A DNA stretch of 64,000 nucleotides from a virus: the IMG/VR virus record IMGVR_UViG_3300032265_000877, positions 23,611 to 87,610 of that record, one strand, 5' to 3'. Positions 47,500 to 56,750 of the stretch are shown in pieces. Made by a program: the position numbers and the translations under genes. Positions within the stretch are counted from its first letter, which is position 1, and each line of letters opens with the position of its first letter. The notes below the pieces were generated by a model. It worked only from the letters and a program-made list of their open reading frames with translations. It had not been told where the DNA came from and made no database searches.

Positions 47500-47521
47500 A
47501 GACAATTGTAACAGAAATGTC
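47499..47521 (-). promoter_or_regulatory. Conserved 23-bp promoter/operator element upstream of terL
   Basis: GACATTTCTGTTACAATTGTCTA containing TG-n-TACAAT extended -10. Confidence 0.55.
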
Positions 47522-47540
47522 TATTTATCGACAAATCGGT

Positions 47541-47789
47541 TTAACGGCGCGGCGTGCGGTTTCTAAGGGTATCCACCATTGCATGCAGGGCTTCTGCGCC
47601 CTTAAGCGCTTCATCTAAATAGAGTTCATCTTTACTGCGTTGATACATAGACAAGCAACGGCCAATCTCGTAGATAGATTGATCTAACCAACCCTCAATC
47701 TCAGCGGTTTGTAGCCTAGATACTCTTTTGGAGACCTTTTCTGAGAAGGGCTTCTCCCACACCTTACTCCGAGAAAAAAGCTTCATCAA
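47541..47789 (-). CDS. Hypothetical protein
   Basis: ORF in compact minus-strand operon. Confidence 0.65.
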   Translation of the reverse strand: MMKLFSRSKVWEKPFSEKVSKRVSRLQTAEIEGWLDQSIYEIGRCLSMYQRSKDELYLDEALKGAEALHAMVDTLRNRTPRR

Positions 47790-48063
47790 ATAGTCCGTCC
47801 TGAGGGCTCCAAGCTTTTCTTCCTCTCATAGTCCTGAATAACAGCGCATCAATAGAGTCTTCATCATCTAAGTCAATATTAGGCCTTTTAAGCCAGAGCC
47901 CAAAGTAAAACCCTGGGTGGGTAAATGGTACTCGAAGTACTAAGCACTTTCCAAGTCGATAAGGTCGCTCTGTTTCTTGTGTAGTTCCTACTTCAATAAC
48001 CGGTAGTACATTACGATGCCAGTACTTTAACTTACCACCGTATAGTGGTCCGTATGATTTCAT
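47764..48063 (-). CDS. Hypothetical protein
   Basis: AAGGAG RBS; coupled to upstream gene. Confidence 0.7.
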   Translation of the reverse strand: MKSYGPLYGGKLKYWHRNVLPVIEVGTTQETERPYRLGKCLVLRVPFTHPGFYFGLWLKRPNIDLDDEDSIDALLFRTMRGRKAWSPQDGLFDEAFFSE

Positions 48064-48549
48064 TTAGTTCTCCTTGAAAAAATCAGTTGCTTCCCAGTTG
48101 CGCAGATCACCGCGCTGAATAGAGGATGCCCTTGCAGATGAGTCACTTAGTCTAGCCACAGTGCCTGCTGATAAGTCTCTTAACTGAGCAGGCTCGTGTG
48201 ATGAACAGGCAGATTCTAACGTAGGCAGGTAGTCATTAGTAGACTCTGCGTTCTTTAATCCCAGCCAGATTTCAGTAGAAACGTCGTTGTATTGGTGCCA
48301 GTGATTTGTCCTAAATACAATATACACAGTCTTAGTGTTTGGGCTATAGGCAATGGTTAACGCTCTAGGTCTAGACGGTTTCTTAGTTGGCGCGGTTTTA
48401 GTTTCAATCCCTACGTTAGTAATCTCGTTAGGTATAGTTACCTCAATCTCAGCCTCTTCAAGCTTTGATAGGTACGCTTTTACAGACTCATTAGACCTTG
48501 GGGCCTTAAAGAAGTCATCGGGATTTAACGGCGCGGCTTTTCTAGCCAT
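48064..48549 (-). CDS. KTSC-like domain protein
   Basis: IAYSPNTKTVYIVFRT..HQYNDVSTEIWLGL..AES resembles the KTSC pattern. Confidence 0.6.
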   Translation of the reverse strand: MARKAAPLNPDDFFKAPRSNESVKAYLSKLEEAEIEVTIPNEITNVGIETKTAPTKKPSRPRALTIAYSPNTKTVYIVFRTNHWHQYNDVSTEIWLGLKNAESTNDYLPTLESACSSHEPAQLRDLSAGTVARLSDSSARASSIQRGDLRNWEATDFFKEN

Positions 48550-48890
48550 TATTCCTCACAAACGTGATCGGCAGTCTCTGTCTCTAGTACACGTACCATA
48601 CAGTCACCGCACCTTAAATATCTAGGTGGTTTAAAGTTATTTTGACTTGTTGCTCCAAGAGGAAACTCTGAGCCATCTTCATTGAATGCTGGGATAGCCA
48701 CAATTATTTCAGGCTCTCTTAGTAGTTCTGGAGAGAATGGGCCGTAGGCGTGAGTGACCTTATCAGGCACTGGATGAGCCTGTGGAGCAATGATTCTTGT
48801 TATTAGATGCGGAGCTACCAAATCTAACTCGTGGTCTACCTCTCGGCTTCTAGGCGTGTAGTTGCCAAAGACTTCGTAGTCTATTCCCAC
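48549..48890 (-). CDS. Hypothetical protein with C-terminal CxxC..HxC zinc finger
   Basis: RCGDC..DHVCEE. Confidence 0.7.
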   Translation of the reverse strand: MGIDYEVFGNYTPRSREVDHELDLVAPHLITRIIAPQAHPVPDKVTHAYGPFSPELLREPEIIVAIPAFNEDGSEFPLGATSQNNFKPPRYLRCGDCMVRVLETETADHVCEE

Positions 48891-48892
48891 GA

Positions 48893-49123
48893 CTACTCCT
48901 GAACGTCAGAGCTCTTTGATGCAGCTTTCTTCTTAGGTTTTTCTTCTACAGGAGTTTCTACAATAGATTCTTCAATAGTTTCCATAAGAGGGAAGTGACC
49001 TGCATTAGCACGGTCATACAACCAAGCTGGTAGGCAAGATGTGCAGTAGTGAGCGGGATTTACCCCAGGGTCAGCCGTTGTGTATGAAGCTGGGTTACTG
49101 CAGTTGTCGCACTTAATCGCCAT
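48893..49123 (-). CDS. Small zinc-finger protein
   Basis: CDNC..CTSC; AGGAGG RBS. Confidence 0.75.
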   Translation of the reverse strand: MAIKCDNCSNPASYTTADPGVNPAHYCTSCLPAWLYDRANAGHFPLMETIEESIVETPVEEKPKKKAASKSSDVQE

Positions 49124-49154
49124 GTAATCCTCCTAAGATCTACAGTAGTATAGC

Positions 49155-49181
49155 AAAAAGGGCGCCCAATAGAGCGCCCTT
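49155..49181 (-). terminator. Terminator after lysis cassette
   Basis: AGGGCGC..GCGCCCT-TTTT on minus strand. Confidence 0.7.
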
Positions 49182-49194
49182 AATGCTTAAAAGC

Positions 49195-49374
49195 TTACTT
49201 TGCTGGTGTCTGGAAGTGTTCGTAAGCACCCTTAAGTACAGGGCCAAAAACACCGACTACAGCGGCCCATGCAACCTGCTTAAGGTGATGGTTGCCGCCC
49301 TGCCAGATAGCAGCGCCTGCAACAACTGTTGAAATGATATAGTGCTCGAAGAGAGCTTTTGTCTTTGCGTTCAT
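49195..49374 (-). CDS. Putative holin (59 aa, two hydrophobic segments)
   Basis: Own translation MNAKTKALFEHYIISTVVAGAAIWQGGNHHLKQVAWAAVVGVFGPVLKGAYEHFQTPAK; GAGGAG RBS. Confidence 0.6.
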   Translation of the reverse strand: MNAKTKALFEHYIISTVVAGAAIWQGGNHHLKQVAWAAVVGVFGPVLKGAYEHFQTPAK

Positions 49375-49376
49375 TA

Positions 49377-49604
49377 TTACTCCTCTATGTTATTCGCGTA
49401 TGGCGTTATGATGTGAGAGTCCGCCTGAACGTTAGGTCTAGACGAGCTTTCACTATGCGATGCTACACCCCCGAAGCCGGCTAGCGCAACAGCTACAAGG
49501 TGTTTTGGGTCAGTAGAATATCCAGTAGCCGCCCAAGTACCTAAAGCAGCCGTTCCGCCAAATGCCACGTGAACCGGGCTGCTGAAGTTAAGCTTTATTG
49601 CCAC
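49377..49604 (-). CDS. Small membrane protein (holin-like)
   Basis: Two short hydrophobic segments; within lysis cluster. Confidence 0.55.
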   Translation of the reverse strand: MAIKLNFSSPVHVAFGGTAALGTWAATGYSTDPKHLVAVALAGFGGVASHSESSSRPNVQADSHIITPYANNIEE

Positions 49605-49914
49605 GGATGTACTCCAATACTTCTTTCATATGCCTACGGAGTTCCTCGATGTGGTTATGAGTCTCCTGGTCCAATTTAAGGTCCTTAGTAATGATACGCC
49701 TATCCGCATCCCCCGAACGGTTAGTCGCGTTTAACAGTAGCCCTGAGAGCAGGATTGACTCCAGAGAAACGGTTAGCGTGAGCAGGTTAAACGGGTAGGG
49801 GTCAAATAGCGCAAAGCTCATCCACAAAGCCCAGAAGCCTATGTGCAGAAATATGAACCACGGTGAGCCAAACGCTACCGAAGCCCAGTCAGAGATCTTC
49901 TGAAAAAACCTCAT
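49588..49914 (-). CDS. DUF1003-like membrane protein
   Basis: FGSPWFI..FDPYPFNLLTL.VSLE signature. Confidence 0.8.
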   Translation of the reverse strand: MRFFQKISDWASVAFGSPWFIFLHIGFWALWMSFALFDPYPFNLLTLTVSLESILLSGLLLNATNRSGDADRRIITKDLKLDQETHNHIEELRRHMKEVLEYIRGNKA

Positions 49915-50777
49915 TGATTAGACTTTGCAACCATAGAGGTATACGTTGCGGCGTCAATGCCTTTACCTTTAGAAGCTTTAAGGGCTTTGTATAGACCTTG
50001 GTATACAGGTATGAGCGCAATATCTTCTTCAGTTAATACGTTAGAAACTAAGTTGGCAGGCAGTAGTCCGGCATTGGCTAAAGCCTTGGCCACTATTAGC
50101 TCAGCGTCACCTTTAGCACCAACTTTAAATGCAGACGAGCCTGGGAACGGTGAGGCAACAATCACAGTTGATTTAGTTTGTGTTGGGGCTGCTCCATTTG
50201 TATTGTGGAGAACGGCTGCTCCTCCGCCTGTTAATGCGGTTGCGCCTGCAACACCAATAGCTAATGGTTTATTAGCACCAATAGATTTAGCTGGAGCAGA
50301 AGTTCCTGCGTAGTCTGGGCGCACAATAGCCAGTACATAGAGGTATGGCCTATGACGACGGTAGCAGCCGTCTCCGTTGGCTTGATTTCCTGAGTAAGAC
50401 TCCGGCCCAGTGTTAAATCCAATAGTGGTTAGCCCATCTTTAGATGCAGCTTCTACAATTTCTACGTGATCAGCAACCCCATTGCCACTCCAAGAAAAAA
50501 ACACAATATCTCCTGGAAGCGCTGAGTACTTATCAACTACCTGCTTATTCTTTTGAAACCATGTAAGTCCTGCTGGACAGTAGGCAAACCCTTTAGGTGT
50601 TTGAGCAGCAACAAGATGTGAGGCATTAACCTGAGCAAAGCACCAGCTAACTCCCATGGCACAGTAGGCCTCATTTGGAATGCCGTACCACGCACCATAG
50701 GGGTTATCGTTTTTTGGTCCCTCTGTAAAGCCTAACTGTGTACGAGCAACGTTTACAATATCAACGCCTGCGGTCAT
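49911..50777 (-). CDS. Endolysin, CHAP domain
   Basis: YCAMGVSWC, PGDIVFF..DHVEIV..TIGFNT. Confidence 0.88.
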   Translation of the reverse strand: MTAGVDIVNVARTQLGFTEGPKNDNPYGAWYGIPNEAYCAMGVSWCFAQVNASHLVAAQTPKGFAYCPAGLTWFQKNKQVVDKYSALPGDIVFFSWSGNGVADHVEIVEAASKDGLTTIGFNTGPESYSGNQANGDGCYRRHRPYLYVLAIVRPDYAGTSAPAKSIGANKPLAIGVAGATALTGGGAAVLHNTNGAAPTQTKSTVIVASPFPGSSAFKVGAKGDAELIVAKALANAGLLPANLVSNVLTEEDIALIPVYQGLYKALKASKGKGIDAATYTSMVAKSNQ

Positions 50778-51211
50778 TTTGATTCCTTTACTACTTCTGC
50801 TGCTGGATCTGTGTTGGCTTTGCGGTATCTAAATGTCTCCCATAAGGGTGCTGGGATTTCATGTATGCCATAGCGAGTTCTATGATGCGCCATGCACAAG
50901 ACCTCTAAGTTGCCTGGGCTTTCAATCCACTCTTGGAACTCTTCATCTGTAACAAAGTGGATACCAAAAGCCTTCTCAACTTTATGTGGGTCCATGTTGT
51001 TTACCTGTGAGAACTCAATATGGCTGTGGTGCAGTTCTGGCCCACCTGAGCAAAGGTCATCGTCTATAGCGCACTTCCATAACCCAGCCTTCTTTATTCT
51101 ATCTTTGGCTTGGTTAAAGAGGTGATAATGGGGGTCGCTCTCACGCGGCTCATGCTCAGGAATAGAAACGGCTAAATGCAGATTCATCATCTGCTTGTGG
51201 GCGTCTGTCAC
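50774..51211 (-). CDS. HNH-like hypothetical protein
   Basis: C..C..ELHH..NLEVLCMAHH..GIH. Confidence 0.55.
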   Translation of the reverse strand: MTDAHKQMMNLHLAVSIPEHEPRESDPHYHLFNQAKDRIKKAGLWKCAIDDDLCSGGPELHHSHIEFSQVNNMDPHKVEKAFGIHFVTDEEFQEWIESPGNLEVLCMAHHRTRYGIHEIPAPLWETFRYRKANTDPAAEVVKESK

Positions 51212-51681
51212 TGGTATATCAGCCTCTCTGCTAGATCCCCTGGGACCACTAGATAGTCTGGTTTGTCTAGTAAAGTGATTCCAGCTTTATCGTAAGCTTC
51301 AGCAACTAGCTCTGAACAGATAAAGCCGTCTTTCTTAGCTAGGTAGGTAAAGAGAGGTAGGTTTAACTTAAGACCTAGGATTCTTAGGGCAAGCACCAAA
51401 ATTGTAAAGAAGTCGTAAGGCTGACCAACAAAAGAAGTTGCAATCTTTGCAATGTTCTCTCTTTGTACATCAGTCAGATCCTCGTGCTTATTCCATGCAA
51501 TGTCTTTGTAGTCAACAACGTTTACAAGTTTTACTCCAGTGGGATCGGCGCTTACAGCTTTGCCATTTCCCACGTAGACTATGGCGTGATTCCAACGACT
51601 GGTAGTGCCTACACGGATTAGCAAACCAAAGAACCCGTTAGTCTTTACTACTCCGTAGTCGCCTAAACGAGGTTCGTACAT
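51208..51681 (-). CDS. Permuted papain-like NlpC/P60 amidase (YiiX/YebB-like)
   Basis: GD..SRWNHAIVYVG..GQPYDF..ICSELVAEAY..PGDL. Confidence 0.88.
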   Translation of the reverse strand: MYEPRLGDYGVVKTNGFFGLLIRVGTTSRWNHAIVYVGNGKAVSADPTGVKLVNVVDYKDIAWNKHEDLTDVQRENIAKIATSFVGQPYDFFTILVLALRILGLKLNLPLFTYLAKKDGFICSELVAEAYDKAGITLLDKPDYLVVPGDLAERLIYQ

Positions 51682-51690
51682 GGTCTCTCC

Positions 51691-52020
51691 TTAACTACGG
51701 GTCTCTTCAATATGAGATTGAACCCGACCCTCTAATCTAGAAAGGTCTTTGACTACTTCTATCTGATGGGTGCGAAGCTCTTTAACATCACCCTTAATCT
51801 CTTTAATATCTTCTTTAACGCTTTTGATGATTGGCAGTATCTCTAGCTTTACAGCGTCATTTAGTGAGCCGCCGTGATTAGGCTTTAGCTCTTCCAAGTA
51901 CTCTTTAAGAGACTCTACTGAGTGCTGCTTTACATACCATCTAGCTATTCCGCCTACGGAACCAGCTATAGCTAGTCCGGAAGAGATAGTTACTACTGCG
52001 GTTGCTGCATCCATTAACAA
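51691..52020 (-). CDS. Membrane-anchored coiled-coil protein (lysis cluster)
   Basis: N-terminal TM, ELKPNHGGSL.D motif, coiled coil. Confidence 0.7.
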   Translation of the reverse strand: MLMDAATAVVTISSGLAIAGSVGGIARWYVKQHSVESLKEYLEELKPNHGGSLNDAVKLEILPIIKSVKEDIKEIKGDVKELRTHQIEVVKDLSRLEGRVQSHIEETRS

Positions 52021-52205
52021 TCCAGTTCTTTACAGTTGATTAGCAAATAAAAACGTGGATTTGTCCAAAATTAGTGACACAAAAATGCGTGATTTGTATA
52101 GTTTTCCATACAAATACAAAAATATCTGCATTAAATATAATATCTGGCTTGACACAGGTTGTAAGGCTGCCTATATGCTAATACGACCGACTGAGAGGAG
52201 CAGCG

Positions 52206-52721
52206 ATGCTTAATATCAGAATCAACTTTACAGTTGATGTAAAAAAGGTAATGAGAGTGGTTGGAGCACTTGTACTAGCGTCTACACAGATGTTTACGCC
52301 TGCACATGCTTTACCCGCTCAAACCTCTAAAGAGAAAGTTGTGACAGTTTCTCTTCAGTACATTACTGTGAATACGACACGGACAGGTGCCAAGAAAGCC
52401 TTGGCTAGTGCTTATGTTAAGTACTTTGACGCTCAGACGATTGCCTTCTTAACGGAGTACTCGGCTGGCAAGTCCATGACTGAATGGAAGTGTTTAAACT
52501 CACTTTGGTCTCATGAAAGCCACTTTAACCCTAAAGCTCTTAATATGAGCTCGCACGCCTTTGGTATTGCTCAGTTTCTCCCATCAACGTGGGGGAACTA
52601 CAAGGTACAAAAGACTGCTATGGCGCAACTACAAATTAAATACGGGCTACATTACATCCAAAAAAGATACGGAGACGCATGCAATGCTTGGAAGTTCTGG
52701 CAGGAGCACGGTTGGTATTAA
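52206..52721 (+). CDS. Secreted SLT-family lytic transglycosylase
   Basis: Signal peptide (AHA), CLNSLWSHES.FNP.A.N.SS.AFGIAQ..QIKYGL.YI..RYG..C.AW..GWY. Confidence 0.88.
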   Translation: MLNIRINFTVDVKKVMRVVGALVLASTQMFTPAHALPAQTSKEKVVTVSLQYITVNTTRTGAKKALASAYVKYFDAQTIAFLTEYSAGKSMTEWKCLNSLWSHESHFNPKALNMSSHAFGIAQFLPSTWGNYKVQKTAMAQLQIKYGLHYIQKRYGDACNAWKFWQEHGWY

Positions 52722-52962
52722 AGCACCAGGGTTTGATGGGACACAGATCTGCGCTCAAACAGACCCAAACTTGTTCTTTCCAGACGAATTTAAAGACTCG
52801 CGTCTAGCCTTAAACACGGCCCGCAAACTATGCAGGTCGTGTGAATTCAAGCGTCCCTGCTTAGAGTATGCAATAAATAATCCAGAATTAGTCGGTGTCT
52901 GGGCAGGGACTACTGTAAGTCAAAGGCAAGATATAAGGACGGCTAGAAATAAAGCCGCATAA
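52684..52962 (+). CDS. whiB: WhiB-family Fe-S transcription factor
   Basis: CAQTDPNLFFP..ARKLCRSCEFKRPCLEYA..GVWAGTT; start estimated at ATG 52684. Confidence 0.92.
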   Translation: MLGSSGRSTVGIKAPGFDGTQICAQTDPNLFFPDEFKDSRLALNTARKLCRSCEFKRPCLEYAINNPELVGVWAGTTVSQRQDIRTARNKAA

Positions 52963-52963
52963 C

Positions 52964-52995
52964 AAGAAAGCCCCCGATCGCTCGGGGGCTTTTTG
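52964..52995. terminator. Bidirectional terminator between convergent whiB and PASTA genes
   Basis: AAAGCCCCCGA-TCGC-TCGGGGGCTTTTT. Confidence 0.85.
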
Positions 52996-53006
52996 CTGTG
53001 TAACTA

Positions 53007-54068
53007 TTATGCAGCGTATGGTGTGAGTGTAACGGCTGTTCCTGCTGAAACTGAAGCAGTATTTGCAGCAACAGATTGTGTCTTAATTGTTCCTGCGCGA
53101 GCAGCAACCTTGACGGTACCGGTATCTGCGCCTGATCCAATGTTTCCATGTGTAAGGGCGTAGGTAAGGGTTGTTCCTGAAGATGTAAGCAACGTAAATG
53201 TTCCATTGACAGCTGTATTGGTGACAGCAGCAACTGTAGCTGAGTCTCCAGCGGCATAACCGTGGGCTGCAGCTGTTGTAATAGTAACAACATTGCTTGT
53301 AAGTGCTACGTTAGAAATAGCTGGAGTTACAGCAGATGCTGTTGTAGGTACAAGCTCAACATCATTCATAGCGTCTGTAGCAGAGGCTGTTGAAAGACCA
53401 ACAACGTTAGGAACTACTACATAAGCAACGCCTGAAACGTAAGCGCCATCATTTGCAGTAACTTCGTCTGTGTAACGAGCTGTACCTGAGATGTTGATAT
53501 AGCTGCCAGTTCCTGAAGCAGTAACTGTAAATGTGTACTGATTGGCTGATGCAACTGTAAGGTTAGTTCCATCAAGACCTGTGCCAGCAATGTTTACTGT
53601 GTCGCCAGCTTTAAGGAGGTTATTTGGGGCTGTGTAAGTCTGTGTAGTACCGTCACCAGAAGCCTGTGTAATGCGGTATACAGCCTGATGTGTGCTTGCA
53701 AATCGAGGGTAAGAAGCCCAACCAGCCTCTGCACGAACATGGTTATCCATGTTTACTGTGCGAGTAGGGTTGTTTCCTACAGTGACTGCTACATCGCCGT
53801 AAGCAAGATTGGTGCTAGCTACCTGAGTAGTGGCTGACCACTGAACATCGTAAGTTGAGCCACCTGTGTTTGAGATTGATGCACGACGCTCATCATTTGG
53901 CTGTAGAGGATTAACTCCACCCCATACGTAATCTACTGCTAGATTACCTGCTGAGTCTGTAGCGTGACCGGCGTTATTTGTTACGCCCGCCTGAGCTGCA
54001 ATAGCTACGGCATATGCTCCTGTAGCCTTTGGATCGCCTAGTGGGGCGGTTCCTGAATAACTTGACAT
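53007..54068 (-). CDS. PASTA-domain virion/surface protein
   Basis: VVPNVVGLST.SA..AM..VEL and GTIKTQSVAA..VSAGTAVTLT PASTA halves with a beta-barrel insert between them. Confidence 0.7.
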   Translation of the reverse strand: MSSYSGTAPLGDPKATGAYAVAIAAQAGVTNNAGHATDSAGNLAVDYVWGGVNPLQPNDERRASISNTGGSTYDVQWSATTQVASTNLAYGDVAVTVGNNPTRTVNMDNHVRAEAGWASYPRFASTHQAVYRITQASGDGTTQTYTAPNNLLKAGDTVNIAGTGLDGTNLTVASANQYTFTVTASGTGSYINISGTARYTDEVTANDGAYVSGVAYVVVPNVVGLSTASATDAMNDVELVPTTASAVTPAISNVALTSNVVTITTAAAHGYAAGDSATVAAVTNTAVNGTFTLLTSSGTTLTYALTHGNIGSGADTGTVKVAARAGTIKTQSVAANTASVSAGTAVTLTPYAA

Positions 54069-54171
54069 TAGATTTCCTATCTATAGATTGGTTTAACGTC
54101 CCATGCGCTTGGGACATTATAAGTTTATCTAGCAATACTATGCTCGTCCTGCTTTAATAAAAGTCAATAAA

Positions 54172-54384
54172 TTAAGCAGATGGTACGACAGTATCTTCAG
54201 GCGTTGTGCCTACAGGAGAAACAAACTTACCTGTAGCTTCGTCATACGTATCACCAATTTTTGCAGGATTCTCTTCTGTGTACTCTAAACAAGTGCCTTT
54301 AGTAGCGATCTCCGCGTTTTCTTTAGAGTCAGCTATTAGTACGTTTAATACAGTATTATTGATTATATGAGCAAAAGTTGCCAT
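54172..54384 (-). CDS. Small fibre-associated protein
   Basis: MATFAHIINNTVLNVLIAD..IGDTYD..F; follows Gly-rich protein like the MAHFA family. Confidence 0.65.
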   Translation of the reverse strand: MATFAHIINNTVLNVLIADSKENAEIATKGTCLEYTEENPAKIGDTYDEATGKFVSPVGTTPEDTVVPSA

Positions 54385-54396
54385 TTAATTTTCTCC

Positions 54397-55251
54397 TTAG
54401 TAATAAATGTAAAGAACTCCGTTACCGCCATTACCGCCGACGTAACCTCCGCCACCAGCACCGCCGCCACCGCCACCATTGCCGCCTGCGCCCCCGCCGT
54501 AAGCTCCAACATAGTTTCCACCCGCAGAGATATAACCAGCACCACCGCCTGCGCCAACGTTTGCAGAACCACCAGAGCCGCCTAAACCAGAACCTCCTGC
54601 GCCCGCTAAACCAGATCCGGAGCTAGCGCCACCTCCGCCGCCAATAATTCCGTTTCCGCCAGCCAGTCCACCGTTTCCGCCACTGCCAGTTCCGCCACCA
54701 CCGCCAGAAATACCATTTGCTCCAACATTTCCAGCAGCACCTCCCGCGCCACCTGTACCAGAGGCAGAAGAATAGTAATAAGAAGTGCTGTAGCTAGTTA
54801 ACATAGGCACAGCAAGTCCGCTTACACCACCGTGACCGGGCGCAGCATACGCGTTGTTGGTGCTATAACCTTGACCCCCGCCGCCAGCGTTGTAGCCCCC
54901 GTTTAGACCAGAGCTATTACCGCCTCCACCGCCACCGCCTCCCGCTAATAAAATTCCATAGCTAGTTGTTCCACCAGTTCCACCAGGAACTTGCGAACCT
55001 CCGCCACCGCCTGAACCAATTACACAAGAAGATGCTGCAGGAGTCCAACCTTGTGTTAAACCTCCGGCTCCTCCACCGCCGCCGCCTTGAGAGCTGCTGG
55101 AACCGCCACCTCCGCCACCACCAACAAGAATGCAGTAAACCCAAGGAGTACCTGAAGGAATAGATACGGAACCTGATGAAGTGATTGTTTGACGAAGGGT
55201 TAAGCCGTAAGGCGCCCCAGAAGTAGACAATGAACTGTAACTAATAGTCAT
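54397..55251 (-). CDS. Glycine-rich adhesin-like protein
   Basis: LVGGGGGG..GGNGVLYIYY; start set at MTISY (TAATG overlap). Confidence 0.78.
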   Translation of the reverse strand: MTISYSSLSTSGAPYGLTLRQTITSSGSVSIPSGTPWVYCILVGGGGGGGSSSSQGGGGGGAGGLTQGWTPAASSCVIGSGGGGGSQVPGGTGGTTSYGILLAGGGGGGGGNSSGLNGGYNAGGGGQGYSTNNAYAAPGHGGVSGLAVPMLTSYSTSYYYSSASGTGGAGGAAGNVGANGISGGGGGTGSGGNGGLAGGNGIIGGGGGASSGSGLAGAGGSGLGGSGGSANVGAGGGAGYISAGGNYVGAYGGGAGGNGGGGGGAGGGGYVGGNGGNGVLYIYY

Positions 55252-56066
55252 TATGAGACTCTCCATCCGTAGGCAGAACCTACATATACTAAGTTAACTG
55301 CAGCGTAGTTTTTATCGATAAGTAGTGATGTTGCTTGACCATTTATGTTTAATCCGTTATTTGCAATTGTAATGTTATTTGTTGCAGAGTTACCCGTTGA
55401 GTCAAATATGTGGATCTCACTTCCAATAGACGCTGAAGAGGGTAACGTTAGTGTAATAGCACTCGAGGTAGTGGTTACGCAGTAAGAGTTAAACGGAGCG
55501 ATAGAAGTGTTAGAAGAGATTGAGGTTGCGGGGAACTGACCAGACGCTCCAGAACCTCCTTGAATACCTGTAAGTCCTTGAGGACCCTGCACACCTTGTA
55601 TACCTAGGTTTCCTTGGATACCTTGAGGGCCTTGAATACCTTGTGTTCCAGATCCGCCAGAAGATCCTTGAAGACTTGTTATAGGTGACCAAGAAAGCGT
55701 TGAGCCATTGCTTGTTAAAAGAGTGTTGGAGCTACCGATACCTAAACGAGTTACTGTAGCTGCGCCTGTACCAACAATTAAGTCGCCTGCGGTAGTGACC
55801 ACTGAATTCTTAAGATATTGAGGGTGAGCATCAGCAACGATACCCTTTTCAATGTTAGCTAATCGAGCTGCAACAGTGCCGTAATCAGTTGCAGTATTGG
55901 CCCAGCCAGAGGCTGTGGCAGCTGTTGCAAGAGATGGGGTTGTTCCAATAGCACTTTCGATAGCTATAACTTCATTTTGGATGGCATTTGGGTGACCAGC
56001 ATCAATGATCTCAGTAACATTTACGTGGGTAGTAAACGTCGCTACCTGACTTGGATATGAAGCCAT
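55251..56066 (-). CDS. Short collagen-containing fibre protein
   Basis: TTAGDLIVG repeat, GxQ block, C-terminal ITLTLPSS..G..I.I.D..NNITI..WRV domain. Confidence 0.75.
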   Translation of the reverse strand: MASYPSQVATFTTHVNVTEIIDAGHPNAIQNEVIAIESAIGTTPSLATAATASGWANTATDYGTVAARLANIEKGIVADAHPQYLKNSVVTTAGDLIVGTGAATVTRLGIGSSNTLLTSNGSTLSWSPITSLQGSSGGSGTQGIQGPQGIQGNLGIQGVQGPQGLTGIQGGSGASGQFPATSISSNTSIAPFNSYCVTTTSSAITLTLPSSASIGSEIHIFDSTGNSATNNITIANNGLNINGQATSLLIDKNYAAVNLVYVGSAYGWRVS

Positions 56067-56111
56067 TGCGATCCTTTCAATTAACCAGATTAAAGTCTAC
56101 AGTTTAAAAGA

Positions 56112-56273
56112 CTAGTTTTGGTGCTCTCCGTTAGGTCCTTTTCCAGGGGTACCGTAAACGGAGATACTTGGCTTTTCGTTCTCATTTAAGAACATACGGC
56201 GCAAGCCAAAACGAGAGTCTCTAATAGTGACCTCTTTGGCTGCAGGGATTTTAAATTCTTTTTTACGGCTCAT
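56112..56273 (-). CDS. Small basic protein (53 aa)
   Basis: MSRKKEFKIPAAKEVTIRDSRFGLRRMFLNENEKPSISVYGTPGKGPNGEHQN; ATGA overlap. Confidence 0.6.
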   Translation of the reverse strand: MSRKKEFKIPAAKEVTIRDSRFGLRRMFLNENEKPSISVYGTPGKGPNGEHQN

Positions 56274-56443
56274 GGTGTGTACCTGTTTGCTTGCTTAGCT
56301 TGAGTTGCTCTACCGGGTACTACAGGGGACGTTACTCTTGTTAGTCTTTCTCTAAACTGCCTAGCCTGTGCTGCACGAATTCCTGAAGTAACAGGGGACG
56401 TTACACTAGATGTAATCTTGCTATTAGATCTTTTATTTGCCAC
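56270..56443 (-). CDS. Small basic protein (57 aa)
   Basis: GTG start after AAGGA; MANKRSNSKITSSVTSPVTSGIRAAQARQFRERLTRVTSPVVPGR.. Confidence 0.55.
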   Translation of the reverse strand: MANKRSNSKITSSVTSPVTSGIRAAQARQFRERLTRVTSPVVPGRATQAKQANRYTP

Positions 56444-56750
56444 TAGGTTCCTTAAACTGCCTTAGGCTACGCATTCCAGGAAGTGCTGGCTGGTAGGCCT
56501 TGCCATTGTTAGCCACCTTATTTGGCATTGGCTTAGGGGCTGGAGCGTTTTCAGTTGCCGCTGGTGTTTCAGACGCAGCTTTTGCAGCAGGCTTTGCGGT
56601 AGCTTTTGCAGCAGGCTTTGCGGCAGCCTTCTTAGTTGCAACAGTGCTCTTCTTATAAGAAGACTTCTTAAAAGCAGTTTTTTTAGTGCTTGCTTTAACT
56701 GCCTTACCAATATTTGCAGAGGCTTCAAGGTCTAAAAAGCGACTATTCAT
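56433..56750 (-). CDS. Lys/Ala-rich histone H1-like protein
   Basis: ASTKKTAFKKSSYKKSTVATKKAAAKPAAKATAKPAAKAA. Confidence 0.7.
   Translation of the reverse strand: MNSRFLDLEASANIGKAVKASTKKTAFKKSSYKKSTVATKKAAAKPAAKATAKPAAKAASETPAATENAPAPKPMPNKVANNGKAYQPALPGMRSLRQFKEPSGK

Noticed and set aside
52561-52683. N-terminal extension of the WhiB ORF given in the track
   Set aside because: Overlaps the SLT catalytic region; WhiB homology starts only near 52720
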